Below are positions 38,390 through 48,808 of a DNA stretch of 64,000 nt, piece after piece (position 1 is the stretch's first letter; each line of letters opens with the position of its first letter). The notes below the pieces were generated by a model. The model was not told the DNA's origin. It worked only from the letters and a program-made list of their open reading frames with translations, and searched no databases. The stretch comes from Giardia intestinalis. Taxonomy: Eukaryota. The position numbers were made by a program, and so were the translations under genes. The stretch is from the NCBI GenBank assembly GCA_000002435.2, contig CM018793.1; one strand, 5' to 3'.

Positions 38390-39112
38390 TCAATCCTGGG
38401 TCACAGATTCTGAATCTTCACATTCAGCAAGCTGCAAAAATGAAAGCCGGATCCGTCTGATTAATAGGGGGATATTACCAGTGATCTTTGCATCTGATAG
38501 GAAGAGGTCCAGGTTAGCTATTTCTATTGTAGGATCCTCTATTATAATCTCTCCGTCCTCCCTTGTTATGAGCCGAAAGGAATACTGCTGAGACTCGTCG
38601 GCTGGATTAAGGCCCCAAAAGATAACAATAATGCTGTTCTCGTCCCGCTGCTCTATCTTCATTCTAAGCATGCTTTCATAGTTTCGTAGACGCCACTCCA
38701 GATCCTCTTTAACATGGGCTTTCTGTGTGGCCGGAAGTGCCTCAAATGCTACTCGCCTCTCTTCCTCAAAGTCTGCAAGTGCCTTTCTGTACTCCTCCTG
38801 CATTATAGAGTATTGTTGTTTAAGGGTGTCGAGTTGGGTTCGAGCGCGTGCAAGTTGTGCATTCAGCTTCTGTTCCTCTTCCGACGCAGAAGTGGAAAGC
38901 TTCTCCACTTCGAGCTCCTGTTTTAGCCGCTCTTCGTAGTCATCTTTGGACTTCTTTAATAGATGTAGAGTCTCGTCAACAAACGATATAAAGGTAGACC
39001 CCATGTTGGAGATGGCGTCCAAATTCTTCGTTACAAATGTATTAAGCGAAATGGTTAGCGTATCTGCAAGACTTACTAGCCGCTCAGCAGCGCTCTTCTG
39101 CTCGTCCTCCAT
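38390..39112 (-). CDS. coiled-coil protein with C-terminal RWD-like globular domain; possibly a kinetochore Spc25/Spc24-type protein
   Basis: 240 aa. The N-terminal ~150 aa are coiled coil. The C-terminal ...SIIVIFWGLNPADESQQYSFRLITREDGEIIIEDPTIEIANLDLFL resembles the Spc25 RWD region ([31 protein letters not shown]). The assignment is tentative. Confidence 0.5.
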   Translation of the reverse strand: MEDEQKSAAERLVSLADTLTISLNTFVTKNLDAISNMGSTFISFVDETLHLLKKSKDDYEERLKQELEVEKLSTSASEEEQKLNAQLARARTQLDTLKQQYSIMQEEYRKALADFEEERRVAFEALPATQKAHVKEDLEWRLRNYESMLRMKIEQRDENSIIVIFWGLNPADESQQYSFRLITREDGEIIIEDPTIEIANLDLFLSDAKITGNIPLLIRRIRLSFLQLAECEDSESVTQD

Positions 39113-39199
39113 TGAATTTTTAATCTTACAGAAAGAGCAAAGTAAGCGCTAAAGCTATTTACTATAAGCCAAGCAGCCACAGTGACGCATAGCCGCTGC

Positions 39200-40396
39200 T
39201 CAAAAGTCCAGAAGAGAATTAAAGTTGGTTGTCTTTGGTGCAGGCGCAGGTGCAGGCACAGGAGCTGACATTGGCACTGGCGTTGGCGTTGGCGCTGGGA
39301 CTAGCGGAGGTGCCGTTAGCGGGACTGCTGTTGGCATCGTAACCGGAACTTGAGGAGGTGCAGACATAATTCCTGGAATAATAGCTGGCTGCGCAGGCGT
39401 TGTGGGCACCACAGGAGGTTGCGATGGAACGGAGATAGCGTTACTAAAGAGGTCGAGGCCGGGTCTCATCATTTCTGTCTGTGGTACTGCCTGAGGAGCC
39501 GGCGCGGAGGTTCCGCCTGGAATCATCGGTGCAGACGGTTGCATAGGCACTGCTGGAATAGAAGGCACTGGAGCCATACTGGGTGCATTAAGGACAGGTT
39601 GGGGACCAGGAACCCCCGGAATAGTGCCCACAGCACCCGAAAACTGCGCCATGGACGCCGGTTGCGAGGGCATTGGAGCCGCGGCAGGCATCACGGGCAT
39701 AGCAGAAGCCACAGGTGCTGGCATGGTAGAAACCGCCGGAGCGGTAAACATGGCCGGAGCAGTCTGCTGCATCACCCCTGGTTGCACTGCCCCAGAGAAT
39801 TGCTGTGCTGGCGGTTGTTGCACCATGCCCATCGTGGGCTGCTGTACCATACCGGACGGCCTGGCGAAAGCTGGCATACCCATCGGCTTCATCCCCATGC
39901 CCATCTGAGGCATACCGAAAGCAGAGACAGACTGGGGTAGTGGGGGAGTCACGTCTGGGGTTATCTGCTGGGTGACACCAGGTGCCCCTGCAAATGCCGG
40001 GACCTGTGGGACCTCTTGCTGTGGCTGTTCGTGGCAGAACCTCTTCTCAACGTACTTCATCCTGATAAAGTCACGTACTCGCCCATTATCTTCACTGCCA
40101 GGCTCAGGGAGCTTGAAGACTTGTTCGCTCCAGTAAGGTAAATAGGTACGCTTGTCGAGATCGTTGCCGCCCAGGGCCTGAATCTCATCTAACTTAAAGA
40201 CGCTATTAGACACCGATTTGACCCTGTGATCAAACTCGCGATGAATCCCTGCACAACGCGCACACACAAATGTTCCGCATGTGAGATTAATGTACGGCAC
40301 ACTAAGAGACTTGCAGTCAGCGCACTGCTTATTTTCAGGCTTGCGTCTGAGGGCGTCGATTGCATTTTTTACGCGTTGTTGGTCCCTCTCGCTCAT
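39200..40396 (-). CDS. ArfGAP zinc-finger protein with a long Pro/Met/Gln/Ala-rich low-complexity tail
   Basis: The N-terminus NKQCADCKSLSVPYINLTCGTFVCARCAGIHREFDHRVKSVSNSVF is the C4 ArfGAP finger (CxxC...C..C.G.HR). About 280 aa of PAM/PQ-rich repeats follow. Confidence 0.85.
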   Translation of the reverse strand: MSERDQQRVKNAIDALRRKPENKQCADCKSLSVPYINLTCGTFVCARCAGIHREFDHRVKSVSNSVFKLDEIQALGGNDLDKRTYLPYWSEQVFKLPEPGSEDNGRVRDFIRMKYVEKRFCHEQPQQEVPQVPAFAGAPGVTQQITPDVTPPLPQSVSAFGMPQMGMGMKPMGMPAFARPSGMVQQPTMGMVQQPPAQQFSGAVQPGVMQQTAPAMFTAPAVSTMPAPVASAMPVMPAAAPMPSQPASMAQFSGAVGTIPGVPGPQPVLNAPSMAPVPSIPAVPMQPSAPMIPGGTSAPAPQAVPQTEMMRPGLDLFSNAISVPSQPPVVPTTPAQPAIIPGIMSAPPQVPVTMPTAVPLTAPPLVPAPTPTPVPMSAPVPAPAPAPKTTNFNSLLDF

Positions 40397-40522
40397 AGCG
40401 TTTTTTAGATAAGCCTTGTAGTGTTAGTTTGTTTGACTTATGAATTTAATTTAAACTGGCAATAAATATGTGCAATAAGAATTAAATATTTAAGCCTTGT
40501 TGCAATTTCTAATGCCGGTAGA

Positions 40523-43500
40523 ATGCATGAATTTTGTCTCGAAGCTACCCATAAAGTTTTGAGATACACTTCCGATGAGGAGGAGGATCTTCTTCGGGGC
40601 GTGTTTGCCATCAGGAAAGTCGATGAGGTGCTAGTGATGCTGCGAATTTTGGATTTCAGACAGCTTCCTCAGACCAGACGAACTGTTATGACAGCTAGAG
40701 TCAAGGCCAATCTGCGCTACCCAAGTCGGTATCTTACACAGATATACTCTCTTCAGGAAGCTCCAGACAAATCCAGGATCCTGATAGAGCTGTATCTGTC
40801 TACAAACAAAACGTTTGAATGCTTGCTAGTTGAGGATGTAATTTCTGTTGAGAGGGCTGTGAGGTTGATTTCTGACTTAGTGCATGGTACAGTTGAACTT
40901 CTAGACTATTATTTACAACGCAACGTTACCGTTACCCAGGATCTTCTCTGTAATGCAATCTTATTGCCCAGTACATTGTTTATTTTGCATGATGATACCA
41001 TACTTTTCCCGAATCCATGCATAGCTACACTCGATGCCGACTTGGGGTTTTCTAATAGGTTGCTTGAGCAAGAGCAATGGAAAAGATATGCACCACCAGA
41101 AATACATTTTTTGCTGTTAGACCGTGGCACAGAGCTATCTATCGACACTCTGGAGAAAGTCCTTACATGGTCTGTTGGTATGTTAGTGTCGGACCTTTAT
41201 TCTCTCGTAGAGGGATCAGACGGTATAGCTGACGCAATGGTCGATACCGTGTTCCCTGACCGATGCGCTATGCATTGTGATGTTCTTTGTCTTGTTCGAA
41301 AGATACTCTGCGCTTGCCTAGTAGAAGATCCTGCATCGCGGGCTGACTGTCAGACGCTTGCGATGAGTCTGGAAGCTGTCCAAAATATCCCGCAAGTTGT
41401 CTCCATTATTAATGCTTCAGAGCATTCAGTAGTTTCTATGAATACTAGTCTGATTTCGGATGAAGACAACTTTCTCATTCTTCCCAATGAATACTTATGC
41501 GTAGAAAGGCCGAGAGAGGATCATTTAGTTACTGCTATCCATGGTACACCAGGTTTTCATGATATTTTTGATGCTGATGATTACGCTGGCAGCATTTCAA
41601 GTGATTATTGGCAACTGGAAGATGAAGTGGCAGTACGACGGCATTCAATATCTTGCTATAAAAACGCACCTAATGAATCTGACTATTTTAACGAAGTCGA
41701 TATAAACGATAAGCGGTCACGATCTAAGTCAGACGCTTGGTCTCACAACTTAGCCGATAGCGCATTCCGCCGGTACATAGAGGCTGCTACCGTAGGACGT
41801 ACCGATTTAGTAGCTATCTATATCGGTAGGTGCTCCAGACAACAAGATATAGACGGTGGTACTGCTCTAATGGCAGCCACGAAAGGGGGAAAACATGAAT
41901 GTGTCTCTCTATTGGCACAGTGTGAAGCTGGCTTGCAAGATGTTCACGGACTATCGGCGCTAATGTATGCCGTGCTTCGAAGTGATGCTACATCTGTCCA
42001 ACTTCTTTGTACGGCCGAGTGTGGTCTGGTGGATGACAGAGGGATGACAGCTCTTATGCATGCGGTCGAGCAAGATTGCTATCAAGTGATTCATCTGCTT
42101 ATAGAAGAAGTTGCTATGATAAACACTAATCATATGAGCGCCTATGATATTGCCGTGAAGCTGGGGCACAACAGATGCACCATGATATTAGAACCATATG
42201 CACTGCAGCTCAGAGTACACCGTGTTGCACGCGTTAATAGCTATGGATACACAGCTTTAATGTTTGCCGCTATACAAAATGACGTTGCAACAGTGTGTCA
42301 GCTTGCTTCAGAAGAAGGAGGAGTAGTGGCAGAGGATGGTAGCACAGCTCTTTATGCTGCTATTCTGCATAACAACTACCTTTGTATACCACCTCTTCTA
42401 CGGTATGAACGATCTATAACGACACCTGATGGATCCACGCCGCTAGAGTTAGCAGAGAAGCTTAACCGCTATGAGTGCGCCCGTCTCTTGCGGAGCCCGG
42501 TTGTAAAAGGGTATCTTCCGATTGATACTGAGTCCTGTTTGATGAAGGAGGCAAGACACGGAGATCCAGAGCTTTTAAGAGCTCACTTGAATGAGGTTCT
42601 TTTAATGTCTGCTAGAGGTGAAACTGCCCTTATGATAGCCGCAGGTGCGGGAAGCTACAGGTGCGTAAAGGACCTATTGCAGTATGAGCAAGGGATGGTA
42701 TCTCCAACTGGCTGGACTGCTCTGATGTACGCGTCCATGAATGGACATTTAGACTGCGTTAGCTTGCTATGCGCCACTGAGGCGAGAATTACTAATACTC
42801 TCGGTCAATTAGCATATGATATTGCAGTGGAAAAAGGCCACAAGGCGTGTGCACGGTTTCTTTCTAAATATGAAGAGCATTTAACTGTTGCGTATCGGGT
42901 TGACGAACTTTTAGCTTTAGACCGTATAGGCGATGCGGTGAGACTACTCAAGCAGCCATTTGTGCTATCTGCAGCTCTTGTCAAATGTATTTGGAGCGTA
43001 CACGGGGGAGAATTTATGGTATTGTGGGGGGCTCTTCGAGCAAACGTGGACCTGACTATACTGGCCAAATATATCACTTTAGAAATGAGTGTTGACCTCA
43101 ATGATCCAGAGCTAACCGACCTTGTATTGAAAAGGAAAGCAGAGTATCAATTGGTCAGTGCAGGACAGAACAACTTAGAAAGTTTATTACATAAAGCTCT
43201 CTGTTCACAGAAATTTCTTGTTATTCCAGTTATCTGTGAGCATGCAATGACTAAGCGTAAGCGCATCTTTGTACAAAAGAGGGTTGGAAAAGCAGTCACC
43301 AGGAAAACAAGACTAATGATAGCAGCAGAGATTGGGGACCTTTCTGAAGTAGAGCAGAATCTTCAATACTTGTGTTTTCAATGTAAGGGTCTTTGCACTT
43401 TCCAAAGGAAGGAAGAGCGTCATTCTTTAGAGACTCATAATAAGACAGTCAGTAGCGTTACGGCTTTAATGCTTGCTGCTGCAAATGGACACAGGAACTG

Positions 43501-43723
43501 TGTTCCTGCTCTCCTTCCCGAACTAGGGCTACGGGACCAGGCATCTGGCACAACAGCTCTGATCCTTGCCCTTTGGTACGAAGATACTACTATTGTCCGC
43601 CTACTTCTTCCTGAGGCCAATATTGCTGATAACAGTGGTATGACTCCTTTAATGCATGCTTCTAAGAAAGATAACAAAAAATGTGCGCAATTACTTAAAT
43701 CATATTTGAAAGCAAAAGGATAA
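40523..43723 (+). CDS. ankyrin-repeat 'protein 21.1'-type protein with an N-terminal degenerate NEK-like pseudokinase domain
   Basis: 1066 aa. The N-terminal ~330 aa keep kinase-like landmarks without catalytic residues (YAPPEIHFL ~ APE; LTWSVGMLVSDLYSL ~ subdomain IX). The remaining ~700 aa are an array of about 18 ankyrin repeats (GGTALMAATKGGKHECVSLL..., GLSALMYAVLRSDATSVQLL..., TALMLAAANGHRNCVPALL...). Confidence 0.8.
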   Translation: MHEFCLEATHKVLRYTSDEEEDLLRGVFAIRKVDEVLVMLRILDFRQLPQTRRTVMTARVKANLRYPSRYLTQIYSLQEAPDKSRILIELYLSTNKTFECLLVEDVISVERAVRLISDLVHGTVELLDYYLQRNVTVTQDLLCNAILLPSTLFILHDDTILFPNPCIATLDADLGFSNRLLEQEQWKRYAPPEIHFLLLDRGTELSIDTLEKVLTWSVGMLVSDLYSLVEGSDGIADAMVDTVFPDRCAMHCDVLCLVRKILCACLVEDPASRADCQTLAMSLEAVQNIPQVVSIINASEHSVVSMNTSLISDEDNFLILPNEYLCVERPREDHLVTAIHGTPGFHDIFDADDYAGSISSDYWQLEDEVAVRRHSISCYKNAPNESDYFNEVDINDKRSRSKSDAWSHNLADSAFRRYIEAATVGRTDLVAIYIGRCSRQQDIDGGTALMAATKGGKHECVSLLAQCEAGLQDVHGLSALMYAVLRSDATSVQLLCTAECGLVDDRGMTALMHAVEQDCYQVIHLLIEEVAMINTNHMSAYDIAVKLGHNRCTMILEPYALQLRVHRVARVNSYGYTALMFAAIQNDVATVCQLASEEGGVVAEDGSTALYAAILHNNYLCIPPLLRYERSITTPDGSTPLELAEKLNRYECARLLRSPVVKGYLPIDTESCLMKEARHGDPELLRAHLNEVLLMSARGETALMIAAGAGSYRCVKDLLQYEQGMVSPTGWTALMYASMNGHLDCVSLLCATEARITNTLGQLAYDIAVEKGHKACARFLSKYEEHLTVAYRVDELLALDRIGDAVRLLKQPFVLSAALVKCIWSVHGGEFMVLWGALRANVDLTILAKYITLEMSVDLNDPELTDLVLKRKAEYQLVSAGQNNLESLLHKALCSQKFLVIPVICEHAMTKRKRIFVQKRVGKAVTRKTRLMIAAEIGDLSEVEQNLQYLCFQCKGLCTFQRKEERHSLETHNKTVSSVTALMLAAANGHRNCVPALLPELGLRDQASGTTALILALWYEDTTIVRLLLPEANIADNSGMTPLMHASKKDNKKCAQLLKSYLKAKG

Positions 43724-44319
43724 TACTGTAAGAGATTGTGTCTAAATTTATTGTATAATAACTCTATGAATACTTTATAATTGTTCTACTCAATATTAAT
43801 ATAAAAATGCATATTCTTGATGATCTGTGAAGGTATGGTAAGAAGCTGGTAGTTCTTACGTTTTACCAAAAAGCATCTTCAGTAAACCTAACTTATCCAT
43901 ATGCACGAATTCGAAGACTGCAAGTTGCGGCCTCAGCAGAACCCCCAGTCTTTTACAGAAGAGCTATAGACTGTCTGCAACCTCTTGGGATAATTTGTCT
44001 ATTTGCGCACTTCAGTACCCCATCCACGACGATGACCAGTAGACAGCAGCGACTCCTGCCTCGGACATAGCGCTAGATGCCGCCCAGCTCAGAACTCGTC
44101 AGCTAACATGTTCTACCCGAACGGAGGAGGCGCTTGGACAGCTGAGTGCAGAGGGAGCTATCTGCTAAGGTTATCCAATGGTTGTATCACCACGCACTCT
44201 TCCTTCATCGCTTCCATTTCTAAGACTCGCAGGAGAAGTCACAGACCCTATAGCAGCAGGGTAACGCTTGTTCAGACGATGCGCTCACCCCGCCCCTGAG
44301 CGTACTGGATGAATCGGTG

Positions 44320-44600
44320 CTGATCTTCTTGTCTCTAGTAGTTGACCCTGATCACTACAGCAGGTGTGGGCCTTGTATGGTGGTGGACCTTAGTAGTAGT
44401 TTACTCCACCCACCGGTTGCTTCCAGTGGTGTGCTGCTGGAGCCCTCGCCTGCGGGCGCTGTCCGCAAATCTCGCGAGTAAATTCCCGCTCAATTTTTGG
44501 CGATGTCCGGAGACGAGGGTTGGCTATGGAATATGATAATGACCACAGTAGTGGAAGGGAGGAGCTATTGCGTTCCTCGGTTGTTCCGCGGGCGTGCACA
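44320..44600 (-). repeat. inverted duplication (left arm) of the ankyrin gene 5' region and upstream sequence; its partner is at 47350-47630
   Basis: The reverse complement of 44398-44526 is near-identical to 47422-47550 (about 2 mismatches in 128). Weaker homology extends on both sides, including a decayed copy of the MSSVDDSDQLLQK start of the ankyrin gene. Confidence 0.75.
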
Positions 44601-44619
44601 CAGCTGTACCTGAGGCGAA

Positions 44620-47340
44620 GGAGAGCCCGCGAGGACCCGATCCGCATTCTGAATGCAAGATCGTACCTCCGGGCCCCAGAGAGCAAGCCATGAGTTCCTG
44701 CTCGGGGGACCACTCCGAAGACATTTACTCTCTCAGCAGGACACACACGCTGGCTCTGTGGCCTGCCGTGCGAGAGCGCCAAGCAACTAACCGAGCACCT
44801 GAGAGAAGCAAATGATGACAGACACAGAGTACTAGGCGACGACAAACTGATCATTCCGTCTCACATACCGAACCAGACAGCTGCCATGCTCATCCACCAG
44901 GGGGCACGCATGATCGCGAGCATCGAACAGGCCGGGACTGGGGTAGCGCTCCCCGCTATCAGGGGCCTAGACGCCCTGGTGGGAAGCCCCAGAGGACTCA
45001 AGCAACACAGTAGAGCAGGCCCAGAGTAAGGCAGACCCAGACCCCGAGAAGGCGAGGCGCCGGATAGCAAACAGGGTGAGTAACGCGCTGAGCTTCGGAG
45101 CAGTTGCTAAGGCTCTCCGTGCCCTTGATGACACACCCATGGTAGACATCAAGCCGGAGAAAGCCAAGGCCGCCCTCAGCGCGCTACACCCGTGCGTCCT
45201 CCCGAAGGCTACGTTGGCCTTGACTACCCTCCATCGATGAACTCGACGGGGCTGGAGCCGGCAACCGAAGAAGAAATGAGGAAGGCCCTGTTGGGACTCT
45301 CAACAAGAAGGCCTCGGGCGTGTCTGGCCTCGGGCCGGTCCATCTCAAGGCGATGAAGCAGAACGACGACTGTGAAATGCCTCACGCAGGCGTACAACGA
45401 GCTGACCACCCACCCCGAGGCGATGTCCGACGTGATGGCCATGTTCGAGTTCCGGGCGATCCTCATCCCGAAGGAGTCCGACGGATACCCCGATCGCGAT
45501 AGGCGGACGGTCACGAACATCTTCCACCGCGTCCTGCTGAAGGGCTGATCAGGCATGCCAGCTACCTCTCATGCGAGCAGATCGCCCTCAAGCAGAACGC
45601 ATACGCGGTAGGCGTGAGGAGGGCCCACGAGCTCATCAGCAGGCCGGGGATGCACCCCGTCTCCCTCGACACAAAGAACGCCTTCAACTCCCTCCCAAGG
45701 GCGGAGGTCGTCAGAGCCCTGAACGAGGCGGGCGTCCCGAAGGTCCTGGTCGACTACATTAGGAACTTCCTCGAGCCGAGGCACAGCCGGGACGTGAAGT
45801 GCGAGGTCTGCGGCGTCCCCAGGGCGGCCCGCTCAGCACGCTCCTCTTCTGCATGGCCACCGAGCGCCTCCTGAGACGCCTCAAGGAGAGAGGCATCACC
45901 TTCCTTGCCTATGCAGACGACATCGTGGCGTTCCACGACGAGGGGTACCCGGCAGGCACGATAACACAGCAGGCCACGGTGGAGGCCGCCGCCATGGACC
46001 TGACGATCAGGAGCGACAAATGCAAGTCTACCATGGCGGGCGAGGAGGTGACCTTCCTCAACCACCCGGCGTCCCCTACTCCTGCAAGCTCCAAAGGCCA
46101 TCGCAGGTGCCGAGACTGCCCTGAGGAAGATCGAGAGAGCACCCATAACCATCCACCAGAAGCTCATCCTGCTGTCACTGTGTGGTCCCGATGGTGAACT
46201 ACGCCCCCCTGGTCGAGATAACATCGAACAAGGTGAACTACGAGGAGCTCGACAGACATCGCACAAGGCTTCAGCAAAATAACTAACAGAAGCTGCGATC
46301 GCCTGGTCGACTTCCTGGCGTACCCGAAGGAGAAGGGCGGCCCGGGCCTGCTCATGCCGGGGCTCTACCACGACGAGCTGCGGAGGGCATGGGCCTCCCT
46401 GGACGTCAACAAGGGGGCCAGAGACCCGGTGGAGCTGTCGGTGGACGGCCAGGCACTGCAAGGAAAGGGACCTACTCCAACCGCCTCCTCAGCCACACAC
46501 CAGCTTCCGGACAGAGCGGCGGCGTGCTGACCGAGGAGGAAAGGGCCCTGAAGGAGAAGGGCGATTCGATCATGGCGCAGACAAGAGGCACCTGCCCGGG
46601 CTGCCACACGGCAGACCCTCGACCACGACATGAACTGCCCGAAGACGGCGTGGACCAGGACCACGAGGCACGACACGATCGTCACGTGCCTGTACCTCCG
46701 CGTCTCAGGGAAGTTCAACGCAGAGCTGGAGGTCAAGACCCACAGCCACCTCAGCGACCAGAACCAGAAGCCCGACATCTGGCTCGTCGACAAGTGGAAG
46801 GCGATAGATGTGGGCGTCATCCAGCCCCGCCAGATGGATGCCTACTACAACGAGAAGGTCAAGAAGTACAGGGACGGGACGCTCCCGATCATCTACGGGA
46901 CAGACGGATCCCTCCACCCCAGTCCAAGGGGCACCTCGAGGAGCTCCACGTGGACCTCTGTCCGGGCTGCCTTCGCCATCGCCCACATGGCTGCAGAGGC
47001 GAACGAGCACCCGACGAAGCTGATCAGACGGGCCGGGCCGAAAGCCTGGCCACCCAGAGCGACCGTCTCCTGTCATCCTACTTCTGACAACCGAATGAGT
47101 CCATCCCCGGGACCTGTCGACAACGACCGAGAAGGGGCGCAAGACTGGACACACAACCGAGTTGAATCCCAACCAGAAGAGAAAGCCCCGCTAGCTGCTG
47201 CTGATATACATGGACAGTATTGAGAATGACAACAAAGACCAGAGCTTCACTCACCGTGAGGGGAGAACAAAGAGAGGTGCCCTAGTAGACCAGTGAGTCC
47301 ATGAGATGGCTTGATCTCCAAAAGGACCTATGTGCACATC
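44620..47340 (+). mobile_element. degenerate non-LTR retrotransposon (GilD-like 'dead' element): RT, CCHC and REL-endonuclease remnants split by frameshifts
   Basis: RT motifs read in different frames. Motif 0: ATEEEMRKALLGL / NKKASGVSGLGPVHLKAM. Motifs 1-2: FRAILIPKESDGYPDRD...RRTVTNIFHRVLLKG. Motif 3: VSLDTKNAFNSLPRAEVVRALNEAGVPKVLVDYIRNFL. Motifs 4-5: PQGGPLSTLLFCMATERL...FLAYADDIVAF. Motif 6: IRSDKCKS. Downstream are the CCHC motif CPGCHTADPRPRHE and the REL-endo motif KPDIWLVDKWKAIDVGV. It is GC-rich (about 63%). Confidence 0.75.
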
Positions 47341-47349
47341 CAGTCTAAG

Positions 47350-47630
47350 TGTACTCCTGTAGAATAGCCGAGGAACGCAATAGCTTCTCCCTACAACCGA
47401 TGTGATTATCGTTACGGTCCGTGACCAACCCTCGTCTCCGGACATCGCCAAAAATTGAGCGGGAATTTACTCGCGAGATTTGCGGACAGCGCCCGCAGGC
47501 GAGGGCCCCAGCAGCACACCACTGGAAGCAACCGGTGGGTGGAGTAAACCACCTTTGTGACCATGGAATAAAAATGTCGTCTGTGGATGATTCAGATCAA
47601 CTCCTTCAGAAGCACGACTGCGCCCCGCCC
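47350..47630 (+). repeat. inverted duplication (right arm) covering the promoter/5' end of the ankyrin gene
   Basis: Partner of 44320-44600; see that entry. Confidence 0.75.
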
Positions 47631-48245
47631 CTTATGCCCGAGAAGGACACGAGCGAAGAGGGCGCAGGAAACCCAACTGAGCCTTCAGAAATGGATGATG
47701 AAGGCAGCGTGGACGAGAACGGCGTCACCACACTTATGAAGGCAGCCAGCAGAAACGACGTGGACGCGGTGAAGCGCTACATCCCTTATCAGGCAAGGAT
47801 GGTGGCGAGGTTTGTCAAGGCAGGGAGAGTAGAGATACGCGAAGGAACGGCACTGATGATCGCCGCGGTGCTTGGACACGTTGAGGCGGTGAAGCTGCTG
47901 ATGAAGCACGAGCGTTGCATGAGGAGCAGCAATGAGTACACGGCCCTCATGTGGGCGGCAGCAAATGGTCGCGCTGAGGTCGTGAGGCTACTCATGGAGG
48001 TTGAGGGTGGCATGCAGCAGGGCAAGGGCTGGACTGCTCTCGTCAGTGCAGCATACTTTGGTCGTCTGGACTGTGTCAAGTTACTGCTGGAGAAGGAGAG
48101 GGACATAGGCGGCTGGCCTGCTCTTTGCGTAGCTGATATGGAGGGTCATTCCGAGGTGGTGTCTCTTCTCGAGAGTGAGGGTATTGGACTGGAGGAGCCC
48201 TGTCTACGGATGTCGCCCAGAAAGGCCGTGAGTGAACGCGCCTAA
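47574..48245 (+). CDS. ankyrin-repeat protein (21.1-type, short)
   Basis: The track ORF starts at 47421 inside the inverted repeat. The preferred ATG 47574 (MSSVDDSDQ...) precedes an acidic N-terminus and about 5 ankyrin repeats (GVTTLMKAASRNDVDAVKRYI..., TALMIAAVLGHVEAVKLLM..., YTALMWAAANGRAEVVRLLM..., WTALVSAAYFGRLDCVKLLL...). Confidence 0.65.
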   Translation: MSSVDDSDQLLQKHDCAPPLMPEKDTSEEGAGNPTEPSEMDDEGSVDENGVTTLMKAASRNDVDAVKRYIPYQARMVARFVKAGRVEIREGTALMIAAVLGHVEAVKLLMKHERCMRSSNEYTALMWAAANGRAEVVRLLMEVEGGMQQGKGWTALVSAAYFGRLDCVKLLLEKERDIGGWPALCVADMEGHSEVVSLLESEGIGLEEPCLRMSPRKAVSERA

Positions 48246-48808
48246 CTGTTGGTTGCATCCGGCGGTGGATAGAATCTCCCTCCAGCTGTGCAGCAAACAG
48301 ACACCTCAATGAAGTGGTGGCTGTCAGTGAGGCACACAGCTGCCCGTTTCCGCAGAGGTCAGGGGGAGCAGGCCTTCTCACCCCCGGCCAGCACTGGAGC
48401 GCCAGTGGGTGAAACGGTCGCACGGGTGGCCTTCTTGCCCTTGATGCAGAAGCCCTCCGCAAGCATTGGACCACTACAGATATGTAGACACAAACCCCTG
48501 TGGAAACGGATCGTTTCCAAAACTGTAGATTACCAAAATAATAAAACCAGGATGGACACTGCCTCGTCTGGGTCTGCAACGGTGGCTTTCAGTGCCCCGC
48601 AGTTCACCCCTAGGGAGCTCCACGAGCGGCTGGATGATGTGCTGGCCAAAGACCCCACAAGCACAATCTACTCTCTCGAAGCTATCTGGAGCTCGCTGTA
48701 AAGGTCATTCTACTAGATGGCCTGGACAAGAACAGCGCAGACGCCATCAGACTCGAGCTGGCCGCCCTCCCCGATCTCTCCCACCCAGGAGTCCTCAAGC
48801 ACCATCAA

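Noticed and set aside
47421-47573. N-terminal 51 codons of the ankyrin ORF as annotated by the track (MTNPRLRTSPKIEREF...)
   Set aside because: This segment lies entirely within the inverted-repeat arm, and the same peptide appears on the opposite strand at 44390-44520, so it is repeat-derived non-coding sequence. ATG 47574 is the more plausible start.
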